From: Eledone cirrhosa
Lineage: Eukaryota
Assembly: GCA_964016885.1 (NCBI GenBank)
Contig: OZ024740.1
Span: 1,860,001-1,924,000, forward strand
Length of the DNA stretch: 64,000 nucleotides
Reading direction: 5' to 3'
Below are positions 1-14,500 of this stretch, piece by piece. Every line of letters begins with the position of its first letter. Positions within the stretch are counted from its first letter, which is position 1. The translations under genes were made by a program, and so were the position numbers. A model generated the notes under the pieces. That model saw only the letters and a list, made by a program, of their open reading frames with translations. It was not told the DNA's origin and ran no database searches.

Positions 1-357
1 ATGCCCAGGTCTCACTGCCATGCAACATTGCTGTTCGTATGCAGGCATCATACAGCCTGCCTTTCATTTTTAGGGAGAACCCTTTAGCGGCTAATAGTGG
101 TATAAGCTCTCTGAACTTTTTCCATCCAGTTCTGACTCTAGCTACTGTACTTTCAGAGCACCCTCCCCACTGCTGATTTTGTCACCCAGGTAACGGAAGC
201 TGTCCACTATTTCTATAGAACCCTCTGCGCAATTGAAAGAGCTAGTATTCTGTGGGCACTTGCTGCTACTTATTGCACCAGAGCACCGGCCACATGTAAA
301 ATCTATGTTCTTAATTAGCTTACCTGTGATCCCACTACATCTTTTATGCACCCAGAC
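1..357 (-). mobile_element. 5'-truncated fragment of the RTE-clade LINE (same family as 49203-53980); runs off the window start
   Basis: Aligns by eye to 50083-50440 with about a dozen differences, including a 1-bp deletion in a C run. ORF 142..351(-) reads HKRCSGITGKL..FTCGRC..FRYLG. Confidence 0.95.
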
Positions 358-489
358 ATGTTTTCATATCAGTTGCATTAGGGAAAACCATACAATTATA
401 TTACAAATAATTTGTATTTCTAATATTTTCTTCTCGAAAAGGGATATTGTATGGTTTTCCCTAATGCAACTGATATGAAAACATGTCTG
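353..489. repeat. Perfect 44-bp inverted repeat with 49-nt spacer
   Basis: 353-396 CAGACATGTTTTCATATCAGTTGCATTAGGGAAAACCATACAAT is the exact reverse complement of 446-489. Confidence 0.95.
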
Positions 490-517
490 TCTACCAAATT
501 TTGTAGGGTTTTCACTA

Positions 518-643
518 ATCATCATCATCGTTTAGCATGCGTTAGACGGGTTAGTCCCATTAGAGGCTCGTTGGGTCAGGTGACCGTGTCTCGCTCATAT
601 AGGACTGTTTCTGGCTAGATTTCTACAGCTGGATGCCCTTCCT
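518..643 (-). mobile_element. SINE/LINE 3'-tail fragment (RTE-related tail)
   Basis: (ATC)n-GTTTAGC...TTTCTACAGCTGGATGCCCTTCCT matches the 3' end of the RTE at 49203-49350. Confidence 0.75.
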
Positions 644-857
644 TTTTCACTGCTGGTTTGAAAATATATTGTCTGCTATCTACTAAATATTGTAGGGGTT
701 TCACTGATGTAGCTGATATTATGACATTGGCAGTTGTCAAATCTTGACATCAGTTACTCTGTATGATATCCAATGTTTATATAGCTACAGTTTATTATAG
801 TCTGTAATGTTGGACATCTTTTCAGTTTGGGTGATACTCAGAGTATTGTGTTAGTGG

Positions 858-1058
858 TGTTTACACCTTGGTAAGCTCTGGTCAACTAGACCTATATAAT
901 TAAAGACATTCTAACCATGACCATCTCGTATTTACAGACAATCTCACAATGTTATCCAAAATGTCCTTTTTAAAAAAAAGATGGTTGTGTGTGGATCAAG
1001 AGTTTTGGCTGTAGTTTCTTGTAGATCAAGTAACCATGTAAAGGATCCTTCGTTGGTT
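858..1058. mobile_element. Old dispersed repeat (SINE-like), related copy at ~41565-41700
   Basis: Shares the degenerate blocks AACCATG and TTTGGCT..TTTCTTG with 41565-41700. Confidence 0.4.
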
Positions 1059-1059
1059 T

Positions 1060-1472
1060 GTGTGTGTATGTGTGTGTGTGTGTGTGTGTGTGAATGTTTG
1101 TCAAATGTGGTACTTTTGTTTTAAAGTTGTGTGTGTGTCTTTATGTAATACATATTACACAGAAGCTAGTGTGTGTGTATATATGTGTGTGCGTGTGTAT
1201 GTATGTGTCTGTGTATATGTGTGTATGCCAGTCAAGCAGCTGATTGCTCTAAATACATTTCATTGTTGCTTTCTAGTTCATAACCCTTTTACAATAATGG
1301 TCCACTCCTTACTCTAATTATTTCTTGGTGCATGTATGTGTGTCTGTGTGAGTGTGTGCGTGTCTGTGAGTGTGTGTGTATCTGTGAGTGTCTGTATCTG
1401 TGTGTGTGTATCTGTATCTGTGTGTATGTGTCTCTGTGTGTGTGTGTGTGTGTGTGTGTGTCTGTGTGTGCG
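1060..1472. repeat. Degenerate (TG)n microsatellite region
   Basis: Long TG/TA/TCTG runs. Confidence 0.9.
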
Positions 1473-1560
1473 CCAATAAGTAAGCTGGAAATCTGAAATT
1501 TTATTTTGGTGCTTTCATTCTAATGTTCTTATTCATTTCTTTTATTTGAAATTATATCAA

Positions 1561-1697
1561 CATTATTACCATTATCATTATTACCATTATCATTATTACC
1601 ATTATCATTATTACCATTACCATTATTACCATTATCATTATTACCATTATCATTATTACCATTACCATTATTACCATTACCATTATTACCATTATCA
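1561..1697. repeat. 15-bp-period trinucleotide-derived repeat (CATTATTACCATTAY)n
   Basis: Direct inspection, about 9 units. Confidence 0.9.
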
Positions 1698-1984
1698 TTT
1701 GCTGGGTCTTCTCTTTATTTGTATCAATATTTCCATTTTCAATTTATTTCTCTAATGGACCAGGAAATTGGTGCATCATTATAGGTGGTGGTGGTGTAGT
1801 GTGGTGGCGGTGGTGGTGGCAGTGGTGTGGTGGTGGTGTAGTGTGGTGGGGTGGTGGTGGTGATAGGTTAACATTCGACATGATATGGGAAAGAAGCGGT
1901 GGCGATAGGTTTGTGGTTGTTGGTGGTGATGTAAGGAAGAGAGACAGGCTGGAGCCTGAGAAAATAAGGATTAACAGCACCCTC

Positions 1985-2206
1985 AACATCTGCAGCAGTT
2001 GGCTGTATATATACACCACAAACATCTGCAGCAGTTGGCTGTATATATACACCACAAACATCTGCAGCAGTTGGCTGTATATATACACCACAAACATCTG
2101 CAGCAGTTGGCTGTATATATACACCACAAACATCTGCAGCAGTTGGCTGTATATATACACCACAAACATCTGCAGCAGTTGGCTGTATATATATACACCA
2201 TCTGCA
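1985..2206. repeat. 36-bp minisatellite, ~6 copies
   Basis: Unit AACATCTGCAGCAGTTGGCTGTATATATACACCACA; gives the 12-aa repeats in the overlapping ORFs. Confidence 0.95.
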
Positions 2207-2300
2207 ATTATTTAACTCCTAGTGGTCAGTTGTGTTCAGTCTTCATTGGAGCACAGCTTTTAATAGAGATTTCTGCCATGTTACATATTATAAACGTCTC

Positions 2301-2400
2301 TGTGGACTAGTGTCCCATCCAGGGGGAAATGTTCTACTCTCAGTCACTTAATGTCTCATTAAACCAATATAAGCCCCAGCCTGATGAGCCTCTAAGGTCC
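2301..2400 (+). mobile_element. SINE fragment resembling a V-domain SINE 3' half
   Basis: TGGACTAGTGTCCCATCCAGGGGG...AAACC..ATAAGC.CC.GCCTGATGAGCC resembles invertebrate V-SINE bodies (recalled motif, not searched). Confidence 0.45.
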
Positions 2401-2550
2401 AGCTAAACTTAGGTGGAGTGTCTGAGTTGTGAGCCGCAGTAAAGTGGAGGGTTTGAGAGTGAGTGAGTGAAGTGAGTGGAGACCCTGAGAGGATTGTAAA
2501 ATTTGAAGAGTATAGCCTCCATATAAGGTTACTTTCTAACATGTAAGATG

Positions 2551-5500
2551 TGTTGGAATCGGTTAGTTACTACTGTCTTCTATGACTCTATGCCACTGGA
2601 ATCGGTTAGTTACTACTGTCTTCTATGACTCTATGCCACTATTGTTTGAAATCGGTTAGTTACTACTGTCTTCTATGACTCTATGCCACTGGAATCGGTT
2701 AGTTACTACTGTCTTCTATGACTCTATGCCACTGGAATCGATAAGTTACTACTGTCTTCTATGACTCTATGCCGCTATTCTTTGAAATCGGTTAGTTACT
2801 ACTGTCTTCTATGACTCTATGCCACTATTGTTTGAAATCGGTTAGTTACTACTGTCTTCTATGACTCTATGCCACTATTGTATGGAATCGGTTAGTTAAT
2901 ACTGTCTTCTATGACTCTATGCCACTGGAATCGGTTAGTTACTACTGTCTTCTATGACTCTATGCCACTATTGTTTGAAATCGGTTAGTTACTACTGTCT
3001 TCTATGACTCTATGCCACTGGAATCGGTTAGTTACTACTGTCTTCTATGACTCTATGCCACTATTGTTTGAAATCGGTTAGTTACTACTGTCTTCTATGA
3101 CTCTATGCCACTGGAATCGGTTAGTTACTACTGTCTTCTATGACTCTATGCCACTATTGTTTGAAATCGGTTAGTTACTACTGTCTTCTATGACTCTATG
3201 CCACTGGAATCGGTTAGTTACTACTGTCTTCTATGACTCTATGCCACTATTGTTTGAAATCGGTTAGTTACTACTGTCTTCTATGACTCTATGCCACTAT
3301 TGTTTGAAATCGGTTAGTTACTACTGTCTTCTATGACTCTATGCCACTGGAATCGGTTAGTTACTACTGTCCTCTATGACTCTATGCCACTATTGTTTGA
3401 AATCGGTTAGTTAATACTGTCTTCTCTGACTCTATGTCACTATTGTATGGAATCGGTTAGTTACTACTGTCTTCTATGACTCTATGCCACTGGAATCGGT
3501 TAGTTACTACTGTCTTCTATGACTCTATGCCACTATTGTTTGAAATCGGTTAGTTACTACTGTCTTCTATGACTCAATGCCACCATTGTTTGGAATTGGT
3601 TAGTTACTACTGTCTTCTATGACTCTATGCCGCTATTCTTTGAAATCGGTTAGTTACTACTGTCGTCTATGACTCTATGCCACTATTGTTTGGAATCGGT
3701 TAGTTACTACTGTCTTCTATGACTCTATGCCACTGGAATCGGTTAGTTACTACTGTCTTCTATGACTCTTTGCCACTATTGTTTGAAATCGGTTAGTTAC
3801 TACTGTCTTCTATGACTCTATGCCACTGGAATCGGTTAGTTACTACTGTCTTCTATGACTCTATGCCACTATTGTTTGAAATCGGTTAGTTACTACTGTC
3901 TTCTATGACTCTATGCCACCATTGTTTGGAATCGGTTAGTTACTACTGTCTTCTATGACTCTATGCCGCTATTGTTTGGAATCGGTTAGTTACTACTGTC
4001 TTCTATGACTCTATGCCACTGGAATCGGTTAGTTACTACTGTCTTCTATGACTCTATGCCACTATTGTTTGAAATCGGTTAGTTACTACTGTCTTCTATG
4101 ACTCTATGCCACTGGAATCGGTTAGTTACTACTGCCTTCTATGACTCTATGCCACTATTGTATGGAATCGGTTAGTTAATACTGTCTTCTCTGACTCTAT
4201 GTCACTATTGTATGGAATCGGTTAGTTACTACTGTCTTCTATGACTCTATGCCACTGGAATCGGTTAGTTACTACTGTCTTCTATGACTCTATGCCACTA
4301 TTGTTTGAAATCGGTTAGTTACTACTGTCTTCTATGACTCTATGCCACCATTGTTTGGAATCGGTTAGTTACTACTGTCTTCTATGACTCTATGCCGCTA
4401 TTCTTTGAAATCGGTTAGTTACTACTGTCTTCTATGACTCTATGCCACTATTGTTTGGAATCGGTTAGTTAATACTGTCTTCTATGACTCTATGCCACTA
4501 TTGTTTGGAATCAGTTAGTTACTACTGTCTTCTATGACTCTATGCCACTATTGTTTGGAATCGGTTAGTTACTACTGTCTTCTATGACTCTATGCCACTA
4601 TTGTTTGGAATCGGTTAGTTACTACTGTCTTCTATGACTCTATGCCACTATTGTTTGAAATCAGTTAGTTACTACTGTCTTCTATGACTCTATGCCACTG
4701 TTGTTTGGAATCGGTTAGTTACTACTGTCTTCTATGACTCTATGCCACTATTGTTTGAAATCGGTTAGTTACTACTGTCTTCTATGACTCTATGCCACTG
4801 GAATCGGTTAGTTACTACTGTCTTCTTTGACTCTATGCCACTATTGTTTGGAATCAGTTAGTTACTACTGTCTTCTATGACTCTATGCCACTATTGTTTG
4901 AAATCAGTTAGTTACTACTGTCTTCTATGACTCTATGCCACTGTTGTTTGGAATCGGTTAGTTACTACTGTCTTCTATGACTCTATGCCACTATTGTTTG
5001 AAATCGGTTAGTTACTACTGTCTTCTATGACTCTATGCCACTGGAATCGGTTAGTTACTACTGTCTTCTATGACTCTATGCCACTGTTGTTTGGAATCGT
5101 TTAGTTACTACTGTCTTCTATGACACTATGCCACTGTTGTTTGGAATCGGTTAGTTACTACTGTCTTCTATGACTCTATGCCACTATTGTTTGAAATCGG
5201 TTAGTTACTACTGTCTTCTATGACTCTATGCCACTATTGTTTGGAATCGGTTAGTTACTACTGTCTTCTATGACTCTATGCCACTGGAATTGGTTAGTTA
5301 CTACTGTCTTCTATGACTCTGTGCCACTATTGATTGAAATCGGTTAGTTGCTACTGTCTTCTATGACTCTATGCCACTATTGTATGGAATCGGTTAGTTA
5401 CTACTGTCTTCTATGACTCTATGCCACTATTGTTTGAAATCGGTTAGTTACTACTGTCTTCTATGACTCTATGCCACTGGAATCGGTTAGTTACTACTGT

Positions 5501-8500
5501 CTTCTATGACTCTATGCCACTATTGTTTGGAATCGGTTAGTTACTACTGTCTTCTATGACTCTATGCCACTGTTGTTTGGAATCGGTTAGTTACTACTGT
5601 CTTCTATGACTCTATGCCACTATTGTTTGGAATCGGTTAGTTACTACTGTCTTCTATGACTCTATGCCACTATTGTTTGGAATCGGTTAGTTACTACTGT
5701 CTTCTATGACTCTATGCCACTATTGTTTGGAATCGGTTAGTTACTACTGTCTTCTATGACTCTATGCCACTGGAATTGGTTAGTTACTACTGTCTTCTAT
5801 GACTCTCTGCCACTATTGTTTGAAATCGGTTAGTTACTACTGTCTTCTATGACTCTATGCCACTATTATATGGAATCTGTTAGTTACTACTGTCTTCTAT
5901 GACTCTATGCCACTGGAATCGGTTAGTTACTACTGTCTTCTATGACTCTATGCCACTATTGTTTGAAATCGGCTAGTTACTACTGTCTTCTATGACTCTA
6001 TGCCACCATTGTTTGGAATCGGTTAGTTACTACTGTCTTCTATGACTCTATGCCACTATTGTTTGGAATCGGTTAGTTACTACTGTCTTCTATGACTCTA
6101 TGCCACCATTCTTTGAAATCGGTTAGTTACTACTGTCTTCTATGACTCTCTGCCACTATTGTTTGGAATCGGTTAGTTACTACTGTCTTCTATGACTCTA
6201 TGCCACCATTGTTTGGAATCGGTTAGTTACTACTGTCTTCTATGACTCTATGCCACTATTGTTTGGAATCGGTTAGTTACTACTGTCTTCTATGACTCTA
6301 TGCCACTATTGTTTGGAATCGGTTAGTTACTACTGTCTTCTATGACTCTATGCCACCATTGTTTGGAATCGGTTAGTTACTACTGTCTTCTATGACTCTA
6401 TGCCACTATTGTTTGGAATCGGTTAGTTACTACTGTCTTCTATGACTCTATGCCACCATTGTTTGGAATCGGTTAGTTACTACTGTCTTCTATGACTCTA
6501 TGCCACTATTGTTTGGAATCGGTTAGTTACTACTGTCTTCTATGACTCTATGCCACCATTGTTTGGAATCGGTTAGTTACTACTGTCTTCTATGACTCTA
6601 TGCCACTATTGTTTGGAATCGGTTAGTTACTACTGTCTTCTATGACTCTATGCCACCATTGTTTGGAATCGGTTAGTTACTACTGTCTTCTATGACTCTA
6701 TGCCACTATTGTTTGGAATCGGTTAGTTACTACTGTCTTCTATGACTCTATGCCACCATTCTTTGAAATCGGTTAGTTACTACTGTCTTCTATGACTCTC
6801 TGCCACTATTGTTTGGAATCGGTTAGTTACTACTGTCTTCTATGACTCTATGCCACTATTGTTTGGAATCGGTTAGTTACTACTGTCTTCTATGACTCTA
6901 TGCCACCATTGTTTGGAATCGGTTAGTTACTACTGTCTTCTATGACTCTATGCCACTATTGTTTGGAATCGGTTAGTTACTACTGTCTTCTATGACTCTA
7001 TGCCACCATTGTTTGGAATCGGTTAGTTACTACTGTCTTCTATGACTCTATGCCACTATTGTTTGGAATCGGTTAGTTACTACTGTCTTCTATGACTCTC
7101 TGCCACTATTGTTTGGAATCGGTTAGTTACTACTGTCTTCTATGACTCTATGCCACTATTGTTTGGAATCGGTTAGTTACTACTGTCTTCTATGACTCTC
7201 TGCCACTATTGTTTGGAATCGGTTAGTTACTACTGTCTTCTATGACTCTCTGCCACTATTGTTTGGAATCGGTTAGTTACTACTGTCTTCTATGACTCTA
7301 TGCCACTATTGTTTGGAATCGGTTAGTTACTACTGTCTTCTATGACTATGCCACCATTGTTTGGAATCGGTTAGTTACTACTGTCTTCTATGACTCTATG
7401 CCACTATTGTTTGGAATCGGTTAGTTACTACTGTCTTCTATGACTCTATGCCACCATTGTTTGGAATCGGTTAGTTACTACTGTCTTCTATGACTCTATG
7501 CCACTATTGTTTGGAATCGGTTAGTTACTACTGTCTTCTATGACTCTATGCCACCATTGTTTGGAATCGGTTAGTTACTACTGTCTTCTATGACTCTATG
7601 CCACTATTGTTTGGAATCGGTTAGTTACTACTGTCTTCTATGACTCTATGCCACCATTGTTTGGAATCGGTTAGTTACTACTGTCTTCTATGACTCTATG
7701 CCACTATTGTTTGGAATCGGTTAGTTACTACTGTCTTCTATGACTCTATGCCACCATTCTTTGAAATCGGTTAGTTACTACTGTCTTCTATGACTCTCTG
7801 CCACTATTGTTTGGAATCGGTTAGTTACTACTGTCTTCTATGACTCTATGCCACTATTGTTTGGAATCGGTTAGTTACTACTGTCTTCTATGACTCTATG
7901 CCACCATTGTTTGGAATCGGTTAGTTACTACTGTCTTCTATGACTCTATGCCACTATTGTTTGGAATCGGTTAGTTACTACTGTCTTCTATGACTCTATG
8001 CCACCATTCTTTGAAATCGGTTAGTTACTACTGTCTTCTATGACTCTCTGCCACTATTGTTTGGAATCGGTTAGTTACTACTGTCTTCTATGACTCTATG
8101 CCACTATTGTTTGGAATCGGTTAGTTACTACTGTCTTCTATGACTCTATGCCACCATTGTTTGGAATCGGTTAGTTACTACTGTCTTCTATGACTCTATG
8201 CCACTATTGTTTGGAATCGGTTAGTTACTACTGTCTTCTATGACTCTATGCCACCATTGTTTGGAATCGGTTAGTTACTACTGTCTTCTATGACTCTATG
8301 CCACTATTGTTTGGAATCGGTTAGTTACTACTGTCTTCTATGACTCTATGCCACCATTGTTTGGAATCGGTTAGTTACTACTGTCTTCTATGACTCTATG
8401 CCACTATTGTTTGGAATCGGTTAGTTACTACTGTCTTCTATGACTCTATGCCACCATTCTTTGAAATCGGTTAGTTACTACTGTCTTCTATCACTCTCTG

Positions 8501-11500
8501 CCACTATTGTTTGGAATCGGTTAGTTACTACTGTCTTCTATGACTCTATGCCACTATTGTTTGGAATCGGTTAGTTACTACTGTCTTCTATGACTCTATG
8601 CCACTATTGTTTGGAATCGGTTAGTTACTACTGTCTTCTATGACTCTATGCCACTATTGTTTGGAATCGGTTAGTTACTACTGTCTTCTATGACTCTATG
8701 CCACTATTGTTTGGAATCGGTTAGTTACTACTGTCTTCTATGACTCTCTGCCACTATTGTTTGGAATCGGTTAGTTACTACTGTCTTCTATGACTCTATG
8801 CCACTATTGTTTGGAATCGGTTAGTTACTACTGTCTTCTATGACTCTATGCCACTATTGTTTGGAATCGGTTAGTTACTACTGTCTTCTATGACTCTATG
8901 CCACTATTGTTTGGAATCGGTTAGTTACTACTGTCTTCTATGACTCTATGCCACTGGAATTGGTTAGTTACTACTGTCTTCTACGACTCTCTGCCACTAT
9001 TGTTTGAAATCGGTTAGTTACTACTGTCTTCTATGACTCTATGCCACTATTATATGGAATCTGTTAGTTACTACTGTCTTCTATGACTCTATGCCACTGG
9101 AATCGGTTAGTTACTACTGTCTTCTATGACTCTATGCCACTATTGTTTGAAATCGGCTAGTTACTACTGTCTTCTATGACTCTATGCCACCATTGTTTGG
9201 AATCGGTTAGTTACTACTGTCTTCTATGACTCTATGCCACTATTGTTTGGAATCGGTTAGTTACTACTGTCTTCTATGACTCTATGCCACCATTCTTTGA
9301 AATCGGTTAGTTACTACTGTCTTCTATGACTCTCTGCCACTATTGTTTGGAATCGGTTAGTTACTACTGTCTTCTATGACTCGATGACACTGGAATCGGT
9401 TAGTTACTACTGTCTTCTATGACTCTATGCCACTATTGTTTGGAATCGGTTAGTTACTACTGTCTTCTATGACTCTATGCCACTATTGTTTGAAATCGGT
9501 TAGTTACTACTGTCTTCTATGACTCTCTGCCACTATTGTTTGGAATCGGTTAGTTACTACTGTCTTCTATGACTCTATGCCACTATTGTTTGGAATCGGT
9601 TAGTTAATACTGTCTTCTATGACTCTATGCCACTATTGTTTGGAATCAGTTAGTTACTACTGTCTTCTATGACTCTATGCCACTATTGTTTGGAATCGGT
9701 TAGTTACTACTGTCTTCTATGACTCTATGCCACTATTGTTTGGAATCGGTTAGTTACTACTGTCTTCTATGACTCTATGCCACTATTGTTTGGAATCGGT
9801 TAGTTACTGCTGTCTTCTATGACTCTATGCCACTATTGTTTGGAATCGGTTAGTTACTACTGTCTTCTATGACTCTATGCCACTATTATATGGAATCGGT
9901 TAGTTACTACTGTCTTCTATGACTCTATGCCACTGGAATTGGTTAGTTACTACTGTCTTCTATGACTCTCTGCCACTATTGTTTGAAATCGGTTAGTTAC
10001 TACTGTCTTCTATGACTCTATGCCACCATTGTTTGGAATCGGTTAGTTACTACTGTCTTCTATGACTCTATGCCACTATTGTTTGGAATCGGTTAGTTAC
10101 TACTGTCTTCTATGACTCTATGCCACTATTCTTTGAAATCGGTTAGTTACTACTGTCTTCTATGACTCTCTGCCACTATTGTTTGGAATCGGTTAGTTAC
10201 TACTGTCTTCTATGACTCGATGCCACTGGAATCGGTTAGTTACTACTGTCTTCTATGACTCTATGCCACTATTGTTTGGAATCGGTTAGTTACTACTGTC
10301 TTCTATGACTCTATGCCACCATTGTTTGGAATCGGTTAGTTACTACTGTCTTCTATGACTCTATGCCACTATTGTTTGGAATCGGTTAGTTACTACTGTC
10401 TTCTATGACTCTATGCCACCATTGTTTGGAATCGGTTAGTTACTACTGTCTTCTATGACTCTATGCCACTATTGTTTGGAATCGGTTAGTTACTACTGTC
10501 TTCTATGACTCTATGCCACCATTCTTTGAAATCGGTTAGTTACTACTGTCTTCTATGACTCTCTGCCACTATTGTTTGGAATCGGTTAGTTACTACTGTC
10601 TTCTATGACTCTATGCCACTATTGTTTGGAATCGGTTAGTTACTACTGTCTTCTATGACTCTATGCCACCATTGTTTGGAATCGGTTAGTTACTACTGTC
10701 TTCTATGACTCTATGCCACTATTGTTTGGAATCGGTTAGTTACTACTGTCTTCTATGACTCTATGCCACCATTCTTTGAAATCGGTTAGTTACTACTGTC
10801 TTCTATGACTCTCTGCCACTATTGTTTGGAATCGGTTAGTTACTACTGTCTTCTATGACTCTATGCCACTATTGTTTGGAATCGGTTAGTTACTACTGTC
10901 TTCTATGACTCTATGCCACCATTGTTTGGAATCGGTTAGTTACTACTGTCTTCTATGACTCTATGCCACTATTGTTTGGAATCGGTTAGTTACTACTGTC
11001 TTCTATGACTCTATGCCACCATTGTTTGGAATCGGTTAGTTACTACTGTCTTCTATGACTCTATGCCACTATTGTTTGGAATCGGTTAGTTACTACTGTC
11101 TTCTATGACTCTATGCCACCATTGTTTGGAATCGGTTAGTTACTACTGTCTTCTATGACTCTATGCCACTATTGTTTGGAATCGGTTAGTTACTACTGTC
11201 TTCTATGACTCTATGCCACCATTCTTTGAAATCGGTTAGTTACTACTGTCTTCTATGACTCTCTGCCACTATTGTTTGGAATCGGTTAGTTACTACTGTC
11301 TTCTATGACTCTATGCCACTATTGTTTGGAATCGGTTAGTTACTACTGTCTTCTATGACTCTATGCCACTATTGTTTGGAATCGGTTAGTTACTACTGTC
11401 TTCTATGACTCTATGCCACTATTGTTTGGAATCGGTTAGTTACTACTGTCTTCTATGACTCTATGCCACTATTGTTTGGAATCGGTTAGTTACTACTGTC

Positions 11501-14500
11501 TTCTATGACTCTCTGCCACTATTGTTTGGAATCGGTTAGTTACTACTGTCTTCTATGACTCTATGCCACTATTGTTTGGAATCGGTTAGTTACTACTGTC
11601 TTCTATGACTCTATGCCACTATTGTTTGGAATCGGTTAGTTACTACTGTCTTCTATGACTCTATGCCACTATTGTTTGGAATCGGTTAGTTACTACTGTC
11701 TTCTATGACTCTATGCCACTGGAATTGGTTAGTTACTACTGTCTTCTATGACTCTCTGCCACTATTGTTTGAAATCGGTTAGTTACTACTGTCTTCTATG
11801 ACTCTATGCCACTATTATATGGAATCTGTTAGTTACTACTGTCTTCTATGACTCTATGCCACTGGAATCGGTTAGTTACTACTGTCTTCTATGACTCTAT
11901 GCCACTATTGTTTGAAATCGGCTAGTTACTACTGTCTTCTATGACTCTATGCCACCATTGTTTGGAATCGGTTAGTTACTACTGTCTTCTATGACTCTAT
12001 GCCACTATTGTTTGGAATCGGTTAGTTACTACTGTCTTCTATGACTCTATGCCACCATTCTTTGAAATCGGTTAGTTACTACTGTCTTCTATGACTCTCT
12101 GCCACTATTGTTTGGAATCGGTTAGTTACTACTGTCTTCTATGACTCGATGACACTGGAATCGGTTAGTTACTACTGTCTTCTATGACTCTATGCCACTA
12201 TTGTTTGGAATCGGTTAGTTACTACTGTCTTCTATGACTCTATGCCACTATTGTTTGAAATCGGTTAGTTACTACTGTCTTCTATGACTCTCTGCCACTA
12301 TTGTTTGGAATCGGTTAGTTACTACTGTCTTCTATGACTCTATGCCACTATTGTTTGGAATCTGTTAGTTAATACTGTCTTCTATGACTCTATGCCACTA
12401 TTGTTTGGAATCAGTTAGTTACTACTGTCTTCTATGACTCTATGCCACTATTGTTTGGAATCGGTTAGTTACTACTGTCTTCTATGACTCTATGCCACTA
12501 TTGTTTGGAATCGGTTAGTTACTACTGTCTTCTATGACTCTATGCCACTATTGTTTGGAATCGGTTAGTTACTGCTGTCTTCTATGACTCTATGCCACTA
12601 TTGTTTGGAATCGGTTAGTTACTACTGTCTTCTATGACTCTATGCCACTATTATATGGAATCGGTTAGTTACTACTGTCTTCTATGACTCTATGCCACTG
12701 GAATTGGTTAGTTACTACTGTCTTCTATGACTCTCTGCCACTATTGTTTGAAATCGGTTAGTTACTACTGTCTTCTATGACTCTATGCCACTATTATATG
12801 GAATCTGTTAGTTACTACTGTCTTCTATGACTCTATGCCACTGGAATCGGTTAGTTACTACTGTCTTCTATGACTCTATGCCACTATTGTTTGAAATCGG
12901 TTAGTTACTACTGTCTTCTATGACTCTATGCCACCATTGTTTGGAATCGGTTAGTTACTACTGTCTTCTATGACTCTATGCCACTATTGTTTGGAATCGG
13001 TTAGTTACTACTGTCTTCTATGACTCTATGCCACTATTCTTTGAAATCGGTTAGTTACTACTGTCTTCTATGACTCTCTGCCACTATTGTTTGGAATCGG
13101 TTAGTTACTACTGTCTTCTATGACTCGATGCCACTGGAATCGGTTAGTTACTACTGTCTTCTATGACTCTATGCCACTATTGTTTGGAATCGGTTAGTTA
13201 CTACTGTCTTCTATGACTCTATGCCACTATTGTTTGAAATCGGTTAGTTACTACTGTCTTCTATGACTCTCTGCCACTATTGTTTGGAATCGGTTAGTTA
13301 CTACTGTCTTCTATGACTCTATGCCACTATTGTTTGGAATCGGTTAGTTAATACTGTCTTCTATGACTCTATGCCACTGGAATCGGTTAGTTACTACTGT
13401 CTTCTATGACTCTATGCCACTATTGTTTGGAATCAGTTAGTTACTGCTGTCTTCTATGACTCTATGCCACTATTGTTTGGAATCAGTTAGTTACTGCTGT
13501 CTTCTATGACTCTATGCCACTATTGTTTGGAATCGGTTAGTTACTACTGTCTTATATGACTCTATGCCACTGGAATCGGTTAGTTACTACTGTCTTCTAT
13601 GACTCTATGCCACTATTGTTTGGAATCGGTTAGTTACTACTGTCTTCTATGACTCTATGCCACTATTGTTTGGAATCGGTTAGTTACTACTGTCTTCTAT
13701 GACTCTATGCCACTATTGTTTGAAATCGGTTAGTTACTACTGTCTTCTATGACTCTATGCCACTGTTGTTTGGAATCGGTTAGTTACTACTCTCTTCTAT
13801 GACTCTATGCCACTATTGTTTGAAATCGGTTAGTTACTACTGTCTTCTATGACTCTATGCCACTGTTGTTTGGAATCGTTTAGTTACTACTGTCATCTAT
13901 GACACTATGTCACTGTTGTTTGGAATCGGTTAGTTACTACTGTCTTCTATGACTCTATGCCACTATTGTTTGAAATCGGTTAGTTACTACTGTCTTCTAT
14001 GACTCTATGCCACTATTGTTTGGAATCGGTTAGTTACTACTGTCTTCTATGACTCTATGCCACTGGAATCGGTTAGTTACTACTGTCTTCTATGACTCTA
14101 TGCAACTATTGTTTGGAATCGGTTAGTTACTACTGTCCTCTATGACTCTATGCCACTATTGTTTGGAATCGGTTAGTTACTACTGTCTTCTATGACTCTA
14201 TGCCACTGTTGTTTGGAATCGGTTAGTTACTACTCTCTTCTATGACTCTATGCCACTATTGTTTGGAATCGGTTAGTTACTATTGTCCTCTATGACTCTA
14301 TGCCACTATTGTTTGGAATCGGTTAGTTACTACTGTCCTCTATGACTCTATGCCACTATTGTTTGGAATCAGTTAGTTACTACTGTCTTCTATGACTCTA
14401 TGCCACTATTGTTTGGAATCGGTTAGTTACTACTGTCTTCAATGACTCTATGCCACTATTGTTTGAAATCAGTTAGTTACTACTGTCTTCTATGACTCTA

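Noticed and set aside
807-855. MLDIFSVWVILR resembling the upstream ORP exon motif FSIWSILR
   Set aside because: An in-frame TAG follows, with no CIG motif or suitable donor. Likely chance.
1060-2310. Short repetitive ORFs (VC, HY, and 12-aa repeats)
   Set aside because: They are translations of micro- and minisatellites.
2378-2410. CTGATGA followed by a small hairpin, possible second hammerhead
   Set aside because: No GAAA or cleavage triplet follows stem II, and it lies in a SINE-like fragment.
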